Position numbers and translations under genes: made by a program
The notes under the pieces: generated by a model
Databases searched by the model: none
What the model saw: the letters and a program-made list of their open reading frames with translations, nothing else
Told to the model about the DNA's origin: nothing
Shown here: positions 31,136-40,900 of the stretch, piece by piece
Layout: each line of letters begins with the position of its first letter
How positions within the stretch are numbered: the stretch's first letter is position 1
Assembly: GCA_024346625.1 (NCBI GenBank)
Contig: AP024665.1
Span: 124,001 to 188,000, forward strand
Length of the DNA stretch: 64,000 nucleotides
Source: Williopsis jadinii
Lineage: Eukaryota
Direction: 5' to 3'

Positions 31136-32653
31136 ATGTCCTCCAATAACGATAACGAGAACCCAACAGTGACAACCTCTCAAGGGTATCCGATTCCTTC
31201 ACCTTTTGAGACACAAAGGGTTGGTGAGCATGGGCCATTGCTGCTACAGGATTTCAATTTGATTGACTCTTTGGCCCATTTCGACAGAGAGAGAATCCCA
31301 GAGAGAGTTGTCCATGCTAAAGGTGCCGGTGCATTTGGTGAATTCGAGGTTACAGATGATATTACAGATATCTGTGGCTCTGCAATCTTTGACACTATTG
31401 GTAAGAAGACCAGAGCACTGGTGAGGTTCTCCACTGTTGGTGGTGAATCTGGTTCTCCAGATGCGGCAAGAGATCCAAGAGGGTTTGCTATCAAGTTCTA
31501 CACAGAAGAAGGTAACCTGGACTGGGTCTACAACAACACGCCGATCTTCTTCTTGAGAGACCCAATCAAGTTCCCTCACTTTATCCATACCCAGAAGAGA
31601 AACCCTCAAACACACTTGAAGGACCCGAACATGTTTTGGGATTATATGACCCAAAACCAGGAGGCCATCCATCAATTCATGATTTTGTTCTCTGACCGTG
31701 GTACGCCAGCAACTTTCAGACACATGCACGGTTTCTCTGGCCACACTTACAAATGGTCTAACAAGCAGGGTGAGTGGTTCTACGTTCAAGTCCACCTGCT
31801 CACTGATCAGGGCATCAAAAACTTCACCAACGAAGAAGCTGGTAAAATTGCTGGTGAGAACCCTGACCATGCCACTGAGGACCTGTTCAACGCCATTGCT
31901 AACAAGGAATACCCATCTTGGACAGTGTATTTTCAAGTCATGACCGAAGCTCAAGCTAAGGAATTGCCATTCTCTGTTTTTGACTTGACTAAAGTGTGGT
32001 CCCATAAGGACTTCCCATTGCGTCGCTTTGGTAAACTGACTTTGAACGAGAACCCACAGAACTACTTTGCAGAGATTGAGCAAGTTGCATTCTCTCCATC
32101 GCACACAGTTCCATACCAAGAGCCATCTGCTGATCCAGTGTTGCAATCTCGTCTATTCTCGTACCCAGATACTCAAAGATACAGACTAGGTACAAACTAT
32201 GCTCAAATCCCTGTTAACTGTCCATACGCAAAGACTTTCAACCCGATTCTTCGTGATGGTGCCATGACTGTTAACGGCAACTACGGTGCTGCTCCAAACT
32301 ACATCTCTACCATTGAGAATCCGGTGGAGTACAAGACCCAGTCCAATTTCAACTACCAATCCAATCAGGAGAAATGGCAAGGTCCAGCGTTGCCTTTCCA
32401 TTGGAAAGTTGAAGGTGATATCGATTACGTTCAGGCTAGAGCTCTATACCGTGATGTCTTGTCTAAACAACCAGACCAGCAAAAGCATCTGGCACACAAC
32501 ATTTCTGTCCATGTTGCCAATGCGTTGCCAGTGATTCAAGACCGTGTTTTCGAGGCCTTTGCTAAAGTTGATCAGCAGCTGAGTGACGATATCAAGGCTG
32601 AGGTATTGCAACTCTCTCCACGTTCAAAGGATCAATCTACTCAGAAACTATGA
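31136..32653 (+). CDS. CTA1: Peroxisomal-type monofunctional catalase
   Basis: FDRERIPERVVHAKGAGAFG and RLFSYPDTQRYRLG motifs; C-terminal QKL is PTS1-like. Confidence 0.93.
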   Translation: MSSNNDNENPTVTTSQGYPIPSPFETQRVGEHGPLLLQDFNLIDSLAHFDRERIPERVVHAKGAGAFGEFEVTDDITDICGSAIFDTIGKKTRALVRFSTVGGESGSPDAARDPRGFAIKFYTEEGNLDWVYNNTPIFFLRDPIKFPHFIHTQKRNPQTHLKDPNMFWDYMTQNQEAIHQFMILFSDRGTPATFRHMHGFSGHTYKWSNKQGEWFYVQVHLLTDQGIKNFTNEEAGKIAGENPDHATEDLFNAIANKEYPSWTVYFQVMTEAQAKELPFSVFDLTKVWSHKDFPLRRFGKLTLNENPQNYFAEIEQVAFSPSHTVPYQEPSADPVLQSRLFSYPDTQRYRLGTNYAQIPVNCPYAKTFNPILRDGAMTVNGNYGAAPNYISTIENPVEYKTQSNFNYQSNQEKWQGPALPFHWKVEGDIDYVQARALYRDVLSKQPDQQKHLAHNISVHVANALPVIQDRVFEAFAKVDQQLSDDIKAEVLQLSPRSKDQSTQKL

Positions 32654-33444
32654 AGGAGCTTACTAGCCTCTCCATCCGGAGTTTATGGAATATACATAAG
32701 AGAAGTGCTTATCTCTATAAATTATTATGCGTTTAACCGTTATATGATGTAGATGGACTGGTTATTGACATTCGTGGAGGCATCTAGCTCAAATATCAAT
32801 TAACAATAGAGTAGAATGATGCAGTCCAAAATAGCTCAAAAGTGGGGCTTACACAACTGTTTTGGAGTATTCCATTCCAGAAACTATGTCACCATTGTGA
32901 TTGGCTCCTTTGTTGGACAAATTTGTATGGCAATTCTGTATATCAGGGAGGTCTGCGCAGGATCCACGCTGCAAGTGCATAATGGTGTCAAAAACATTAA
33001 CGAACGATTGGACAGTTGATCTTCCCCTTCTCTCCTTGATACTCCATTCAAACCTGTCTTTAAACAACTGTGAAGCATGAACAGATGTAGTTGGTGATCA
33101 CATACTAACGATAGATCAGTAATGGTAGCAAATCGACATGTGCAATACTTTCATATTGAGGGGTTAAAGATTGGTGAATCCTTTGGGTTTATGCTTCCCT
33201 CCCCTCGCTTCTATGGCGTACCAAGTGTTGGGCCATATGGCCTCACTGTACACTTGGTATGTCTTGACTCTTTGATCTTCGTGGTCAACTACATGTTTCC
33301 CCACACTGTCTACTATGATAACGTGCTACACGTGTTTGGATCATATCATTAACAGATCAATATGCTTAACATAGTGTAGATATGCTTCTTTCATGAAGTC
33401 TATCGATACATGTACATTGCCAATGTTGAGTAGTTTCTCTTTCT

Positions 33445-35418
33445 TTACTCGTCATCAGCAGCCTGGGTCTCGAATGGGGTCAAGGCCTTTGTGCTCTCTT
33501 CCCACGTTGAGCCTTCGTAGGTGATCTCCTTAATGGCCTTGATGATATCCTCGATGGAACCTCTGACTTGCTTTGTGGAGTCTCTCTCTCTCAAGGTGAT
33601 GGAGTGGTCCTTAACAGAGTCAAAGTCGATGGTGATACCGAACGGAGTACCCAACTCATCATTGCGGGCATATCTCTTTCCGATTGAAGCACCAGAGTCG
33701 TCAACCTTGAATGGAATTTGTTGCTTTCTCAAAACCTTGGAGATGTTCTTGACAATTGGAGTCAAATCTTCGTGGTTGGACAATGGAACGAGCAGAACCT
33801 TTGTTGGGGCAACGGCTGGTGGGAATGACAAGACACATCTCTCAGTAGCCTCGGCTCTACTCCAGAATCTGTGCTCAAAGATGGAGTAAATGATACGACC
33901 AATACCGAAAGATGGTTCAATGACGTTTGGAGTGAATTCACGAATGTGTTCGGTGTGAGTTCTTTGTTCAATGTTGATAAAGGTGTTATCCAATTCAATC
34001 TCACCGGCGATACCAGAAACCTTGAAGACAACCTTACCGTTGTTCTTCAACTCATCCTTCATCTTGATAAGATCTTCTTGGGATTGGCTAGTCAAGAACT
34101 TCTCAACGAGTGGTGCATCCTTTCTGAACTTTGGACCAAACTTCTTCTTTTCCAAGTCAATCTCGTATTGAGTAACAGTGATTGGTTCATCAAGTTTTTG
34201 TCTGACAACAAGTTTTTCCTTCGTTCTGTTGGAGTGCACAGTCAAATCATAAGCAGATCTGTCAGCACAACCAACACACTCAATCCAACCATAGGATGTG
34301 TGCAACTCAGCATCCCAACAGTCAGCAGCGTAGTGGGCCATTTCGTTAGCCATGTGTTGACGGAATCTCAAACGGTTCTCATCAACACCAATCTTGATCA
34401 AGAATTGGTAAATTCTAGCAATGAAGTAACCCAAGGTTTCGTTATCAACCATACCAGATGCAACGGCCTCGCCGATAGTCTTCTGAATTGGTTCAGTTGA
34501 ACCAGCCTGTTGGACGTCCTTTGGAAGGAACTTGAGGACAACATCCTTAACTTCGTGGAATCTCTCGTGAGACTTGTTCTCTGGATCAACGTAGTGTTCG
34601 ATCTCAGCCATCAAGAACTCACGGACTCTTAAGAGACCAGATCTTGGGGAAATTTCGTTTCTGAAAGACTTACCAATTGCAGCAGAAGCGAATGGCATCT
34701 TCAAGTTGTTAAAATCGAGCAACTTGCTGAAGTTCAAGAATTGACCTTGAGCAGTCTCTGGTCTGAGGAAACCTCTCAACTGGCCAGAAGGACCAATAGC
34801 AGTTTCAAACATCAAATTGAAGGCAATTGGTGGTTCCAATGGACCATCAGTGGATGGGTTGTTGATGTTGTACTTCTTCATCAATTCGCCCAACTCTTCA
34901 CCGGAATAACCATCAATCTTGGCCAAGACTGTTTCGTATTCAGTGACAACCTCATCGTCCAACTTGATAGCCTTAATCTCCTTAACTTTCTTCTTACGCT
35001 TCTTCTTCTCTGCGTCATCAGCAGCATCGGCATTGGCATCCTTGACCAATCCTCTGGCCTCTTTGTCACCTTTCAATCTCGATTCCAAAACCTCTTCAAC
35101 CAAATGATCAGCTCTAAAGATCTCACCGGTTTTCAAGTCTCTACACATCCAGTCGGAGAACTTGTCAACGTGACCAGATGTCTTCAACACCTCGTATGGC
35201 GTCAACATGGTGGTGTCAACTTCTAGCATGTCTTCTTCCAAGATGAAATGCTTTCTCCAGGTGTCCACAATGTTGGCCTGGAAGGCACAACCTGGTGGAC
35301 CGTAGTCGTACAGACCAGAGACACCACCATAGATTTCAAAGGATGGTGCAAAGAAGAAACGACGCTTCAAAACATTCTCAAGGTTCTCTCTAGAGAACTC
35401 AGCAGCTTGACCGGACAT
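33445..35418 (-). CDS. GRS1: Glycyl-tRNA synthetase (cytosolic start 35418; probable GUG-initiated mitochondrial form from 35544)
   Basis: YGGVSGLYDYGPPG, LRPETAQGQF, FRNEISPRSGLLRVREF, VIEPSFGIGRI and the anticodon-binding domain. Confidence 0.97.
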   Translation of the reverse strand: MSGQAAEFSRENLENVLKRRFFFAPSFEIYGGVSGLYDYGPPGCAFQANIVDTWRKHFILEEDMLEVDTTMLTPYEVLKTSGHVDKFSDWMCRDLKTGEIFRADHLVEEVLESRLKGDKEARGLVKDANADAADDAEKKKRKKKVKEIKAIKLDDEVVTEYETVLAKIDGYSGEELGELMKKYNINNPSTDGPLEPPIAFNLMFETAIGPSGQLRGFLRPETAQGQFLNFSKLLDFNNLKMPFASAAIGKSFRNEISPRSGLLRVREFLMAEIEHYVDPENKSHERFHEVKDVVLKFLPKDVQQAGSTEPIQKTIGEAVASGMVDNETLGYFIARIYQFLIKIGVDENRLRFRQHMANEMAHYAADCWDAELHTSYGWIECVGCADRSAYDLTVHSNRTKEKLVVRQKLDEPITVTQYEIDLEKKKFGPKFRKDAPLVEKFLTSQSQEDLIKMKDELKNNGKVVFKVSGIAGEIELDNTFINIEQRTHTEHIREFTPNVIEPSFGIGRIIYSIFEHRFWSRAEATERCVLSFPPAVAPTKVLLVPLSNHEDLTPIVKNISKVLRKQQIPFKVDDSGASIGKRYARNDELGTPFGITIDFDSVKDHSITLRERDSTKQVRGSIEDIIKAIKEITYEGSTWEESTKALTPFETQAADDE

Positions 35419-35944
35419 CTTAGTTGGTTTGGTAATAAGTCTCTTGTTCTGTGTATTGATCCAACGCCTTTGTGTATAGCTCCTAGTTGAAGTATTGAGC
35501 TTTGGTGTGGTCAATCGGAACTGTTTTAACACTAGATTAGACACTTTGACTAGTTCTAATAGCTGAACTCTGTATTATGAATGAGTGAAAAAAAAAGCCT
35601 ATAGTAAATGAGCTGTTCAAAAGTTTGAACGATGTTCCACTTGAAAAGCGCCGTCACCTCTGGCTGCGAATGCGGAAAAAAAAAGTGCTATGAACAGCGT
35701 AATGGTATGCGCAGCAATGGTTAACACCTGGACACCACTATCAAGGTCGGGTAACAGGCATGTCTGTTTACGTAATCGGATATCACATCCGGACACCAAA
35801 TATTTCCTAGCCGTTGAAACGGAGAAGGTAAAAAAAAACATAAACACAAAACACACAACAGCAAAGTAAACAAGGATCAAGAACATCTTGTATACTTAGA
35901 TCGAAGAGAATTCTGCATCTCTTGTTCATAAGTTGACATTGATA

Positions 35945-37912
35945 ATGAGTGCTCCTACGCAGAGTAAGTTCATTGCTTCTTAAAAATGGATCATATCGCG
36001 TGGTTAACTAACACAAGTTATAGGTTTGTTTGGTAACATTGGATCTCAACCGTTTGGTTCTACTCCAAGTAAAGAAGGAAGTAATACTGGTGGATTCAAG
36101 CTTGGTGCTTCCTCTGGATCCGTGTTTGGCGCTTCCTCTGGCTCTGCTTTTGGTGCCTCCTCTGGCTCTGCTTTTGGTGCCTCCTCTGGTTCTGCATTTG
36201 GTGCTTCTTCTAATACTTCCACAAGTACTGGTACTGCTGCTCCAGCTTTTAACTTCTCTATGAACAAGACTGATGCCAAACCAGCCGCTACGCCAGCGTT
36301 CAGTTTCGGTCAAAAGACCGATGATAAGCCTGCTGCTACTGCTGCGCCATCTTTCAGTTTTGGCCAAAAGACTGATGATAAGCCTGCTGCTGCTCCAGCA
36401 TTCAGCTTTGGTAACAAGACTGACGATAAACCAGCTGCTGCTCCATCACTAAGTTTTGGTCAAAAGACTGATGCCAAACCAGCCGCTACCCCTGCTTTCG
36501 GCTTTGGCCAAAAGACTGATGACAAGCCAGCTGCTGCTCCATCCTTGAGTTTTGGTCAAAACACTGATGCCAAACCTGCGGCTACCCCTGCCTTCAGCTT
36601 TGGCCAAAAGACTGATGATCAGACCGCTACAACTGCTGCTCCATCTTTCAGTTTTGGCCAAAAGACTGATGACAAACCTGCCACTAGTGCTGTACCAGCA
36701 TTCAGCTTTGGTAATAAGACTGATGAAAAACCAGCTGCTGCTCCATCCTTGAGTTTTGGTCAAAACACTGATGCCAAACCGGCCGCTACCCCTGCCTTCA
36801 GCTTTGGTCAAAAGACTGGTGATAAGGCCGCTACAACTGCTGCTCCAGCTTTCAGCCTTGGTCAAAAGACTGATGATAAGCCTGCTGCTGCTCCAGCTTT
36901 CAGCCTTGGCCAAAAGACTGACACTAAACCAGCTGCTGCTCCATCACTAAGTTTTGGTCAAAAGACTGATGACAAACCAACCGCTAATGCTGCTCCAGCA
37001 TTCAGTCTTGGTAAGAAGACTGACGAAAAACCTGCTGCACCAATGTTTGCTTTAGCAAAACCTGAAGAAAAGAAAGATGATGCTGCAAAGGCATCGGCAA
37101 CTACATCTGGCTTCTCACTTGGTGCTAAACCTGCAACTGCTACTGCTTCAGAGACTGCCCCTGCTACATCTGGTTTCTCACTTGGCTCTAAACCAGCAGA
37201 GACTGATAAGGAAAAGAAAACAGTTTCATTCACTGCATCCACTGCTGCAACAGATACTAAGAAAGAGCTCTCTAAAACATTGGAACCGCAACCAATTACT
37301 CTTAATAATAAAACTTTAGAGGATCTCATAACCAAATGGACAAACCAACTTACAAAGGCATCAAGTTCCTTCCAATCGTACGCTGAAAAGACAAAAGAAT
37401 GGGACTCCGTCTTGGTCCAAGGTGGTGAAAAAATTAATCAATTGTACACAGATGTTGTCACTGCGGAACAAGCACAGGCTAAAGTTGAGCAACAACTGTT
37501 ATACATTGAAAGACAGCAAACAGAATTGGAAACATTTTTGGATAACTACGAAGTCAAAGCTGAAAACCTCCTCTCTGAAGTGTTGTCTTCAACTAACCAG
37601 CAAAGAGATTCATCCGTCATCACAAACGATCAAAAGAGAGCTCAAGCATATCGTACTGCAGAATTATTGGATGAGAACTTGAATTCTTTGGGATTGAACC
37701 TATCCTCTTTGATAACAGAGATTAACGAAGTCAGCGATTCTTTTAACAAGGCTAATGGTTTGGGTAAAGATGATACTACAGAAGAGAATGAGAACTCTCT
37801 GAATCAAATCGTGAAACTCTTAAATACCCATTTGGACTCTCTCAAATGGATTGAGAAAAACTCTGATGATTTGAAAAGTGAACTTGATCGGTTCAAAGGT
37901 TTAGATTTGTAA
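35945..37912 (+). CDS. NSP1: FG-nucleoporin Nsp1/Nup62; join(35945..35963,36024..37912)
   Basis: ATG AGT GCT CCT ACG CAG A|GTAAGT..AACTAAC..TAG|GT (60-nt intron). FSFG repeats; Nsp1_C coiled coil LNNKTLEDLITKWTNQL..LNTHLDSLKWIE. Confidence 0.93.
36104..37060 (+). repeat. Coding minisatellites in NSP1: 24-bp GASSGSAF x4, then about 16 units of 48-54 bp (KTDDKPAAAPAFSFGQ)
   Basis: Near-identical DNA units such as CAAAAGACTGATGATAAGCCTGCTGCT recur throughout. Confidence 0.92.
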
Positions 37913-37964
37913 GATCAAATAACATGGTTATTAATGGAACATCCTTATGAAGTTGTATTGTATA

Positions 37965-40900
37965 CTAATTTCCAGGGTCGAAGTCTGTCAATGTGCTCAA
38001 CAACACAAACAAGTTGGCTAGCTCGTTGACGCTGCCTGAATCACTATCTTGCTTTTGTAGCACAACATCGTTCTTGGACTCATCTAAAAGGGACTTCTTC
38101 AGTACACAAACAATAAGTCCTTTGAAATGAATCAAGAGGTCTCTTACTTGCAAGATAGAAGTCTTGTTTTCCGAGCTTGTACTCAACAATATAGCAGCAA
38201 CAAGTTGGAAGGTTGGCACAAGTAGCTCAAATAATGATACTGCCCTTGATGAACTGTCAAGTGACAAAGGCGCGTCAAGATTCAAATTTACACGCACAAA
38301 TGAAGATGATTGAAGCGTAGACTCATCATAGACCAACTCAATTCCAAGATCTGGGTCAATTAACAAGAACCGACAAGACTTGATGGTTTGGAAGATCTCA
38401 CTCTGCAGCAATTGTTGAGCCCCATGTCTAGTCTGTGCAACTCTTAGAAGGAAGCACATTATGGCTTTGAAAGCTGTAAGCTCATACAAGAGAGAGTCCA
38501 ATGTGATTTTAAAGTTGTGCGATAACGACAAAGTCTCATCAGTTCTCTTGATTGACTTCACAAGAAGCAAGAGCAAATTGTTTTTCACCAGGGTATTCAA
38601 AACGAAATTGAGATCATTGATGCTTGACAATCGGAACAAAGATTCCAAAAGTAGTAAGCTCGTGATTCTTGTTGGTCCTTCACCACTGATTGCATCGTTA
38701 CAAATGACAGTGATCAATCTTTCATTCGACAGTTTGATCGTCTGAAGAACTTCTCTCGATATATCTCTGTGCTTCAAGACCCAGAATAAGAATTTGTAAC
38801 TAAGCACATAGAGATCTGAACGCAAAGCCAGGGATGATGCTGGACTGAGAATTCCGTGAATTGTTGATTTGAATAGAGGATACAGTCTTTCATAGCCATC
38901 AACTGTGCTGGTGAGTGTATCATCGGCGGATTTTCTATCCTGGTGATAAATGTCGTATAGGAAAACACAAAGAGACACCAACTCCTCTGCGTACAAAATA
39001 TCGTGCTCGACATAATCATTGATGCGAGGAATGATGCTTTGGAATACTTCCAGCACAAAGTTGGATCTGCAACTAGGATCCATTTGACCATCTGTTACGA
39101 TCACTTGAATAAGCTGAACCCAAGCATGAAGGGAGGCCAACTGAGAGCTCTTAAACTTACGGAAGCACAACAGGTTGTTGAACTTTGCTTTGAGAAGGGC
39201 TCTTTCAATTAATGCATCTTGCTCGTTGCTTTTGATCGTATTTGGTAGCAGAATCAAACTTGTTGAGGTTCTGGAATCTGCTCTTTTGAGTTGGTCTCTT
39301 AGAGTTTCGACCTGCTTATCTTTCTCCTTCTCCTCATCATCAGTATGATAACGACCTTGTACAGCTAGAGCTCTAAGATGTAAATCCAGCACAGCGTCCA
39401 CATCTTCCAAGTTGAATACTGGTCCATTGGAATCAATATTGAGAGGAATCTTGGTCAAATCAAGTTTCATATCAACATTTTGGAAAATCACCAAGTCTAC
39501 CTCCGGGATTGTGGTTTCGTCAGCTAAAGAAAACTCCAAATCATCTAAAAATGACAATACCTTTGGCGGTCCTGTAAAGGCACCGTATCCATTAATAAGT
39601 GCATCAATATAAGTGTTCGTTTTGGATATTGAGCCGTTGGATGAAGTTCTATGAAGCTCCAAACTCAAATACTGGAGTACAGAGCTTCTGAAACTCAAAA
39701 GCTCCAAAAAGGCGCCGATTCCAGGACCTGAATTGAATGCTGTTATAGTGTCGACTCTTGGAGAAAAGTTTTCACCAGACCAGTGGGTCATGACATCAAC
39801 CCTAGGGGTATTCAAGAGTTTGTGCAGCAGGTCATACCCACACAAGTGTTCTAAAACAATCAAAGAGCTTCTAGGGTTCTTGGACAACTTCAGAATAATT
39901 TCAAGGGACAAGGAAGCCAATCGAATTAATGGATAATCAATCTCAACGGAGCTTATTGAAAGCAAGGCAGACTCTAAAATGTAGATTAATGATTTGAACA
40001 AAGACTTTCCAGAAGCGACACTTGTTGGAATATCCTCTGAACCCAAGGAAAGCTCATTCTTCCATTCAAATCCTAGAAGGAAATGTGACACGGTAATTGT
40101 TTTAGATGAAACCGATAGGTTGTCATTCAAAAAATTCAGAATCAAAATCTTAACTTCGAGACCCTCTGGTGACGTTATCTCTGATTCTAACTGATTGATG
40201 AAATGATACTTTATTCTCAGGGACTCGTTGATGCTGTCAAAGATGGTCAACAATTTAGTCTTGGACGCTCCAGCCTTTCCATTGCTACCGAACTGTAACG
40301 AGTTTGAGAACTTTGACAAAAGCTTGATGGATCTATATGCTATTGGAATGTCTGGAGATCCAACGTAAAGGGCTATGTGAGCCACAACTGGTAAATTGAA
40401 CATAATAGCGTCATAAAAAGAGCTCAACCCATGTGTTCCAATTCTTGAAGGCATGTAGAAGTTGTTGTTTTTCTTCAAAATCGGTAGAAGCTCATCAATA
40501 TAGGCAAACTCAAGTTCCAAAATTTTATCAATGATCCCTAGTGATAAATACACAACCTGTACCTGGCTTGAGTTGAAAGACTTATCACTGATATTATCAA
40601 AACCCGTAGAAGCAACATCAATCAACGTCTTGTAAATCTTCTCTTGGAAAAGGAAGTTCAACACAATTGGCGTTGGGTTGGCTTGAACATATGTTGTGAA
40701 CTCATTTGTAGAAACTATTGTATTCAGGTCAACGTTTGCTGGGAATGAGTTCAATATCAACTTTGGATCAAATGAAGATAAGCAATGATCGACAATTCTC
40801 AAAATAGGTTCTTGCAACGCAATTTTCTCCGAGAAGTATAACGACTGTGAATGGAAGAAGACATTAGACAGAATAAATTCCAAATATGGTGTCACACCCG

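Noticed and set aside
33103..33355. TACTAAC..TAG and a later GTATGT in the CTA1-GRS1 gap, with small ORFs
   Set aside because: No matching canonical donor/branch pairs and no recognisable spliced protein; several chance TACTAAC hits are expected in 64 kb.
36104..37060. Regular repeats considered as a CRISPR-like or transposon array
   Set aside because: In-frame FG-nucleoporin coding repeats in a eukaryotic gene, with no unique spacers.
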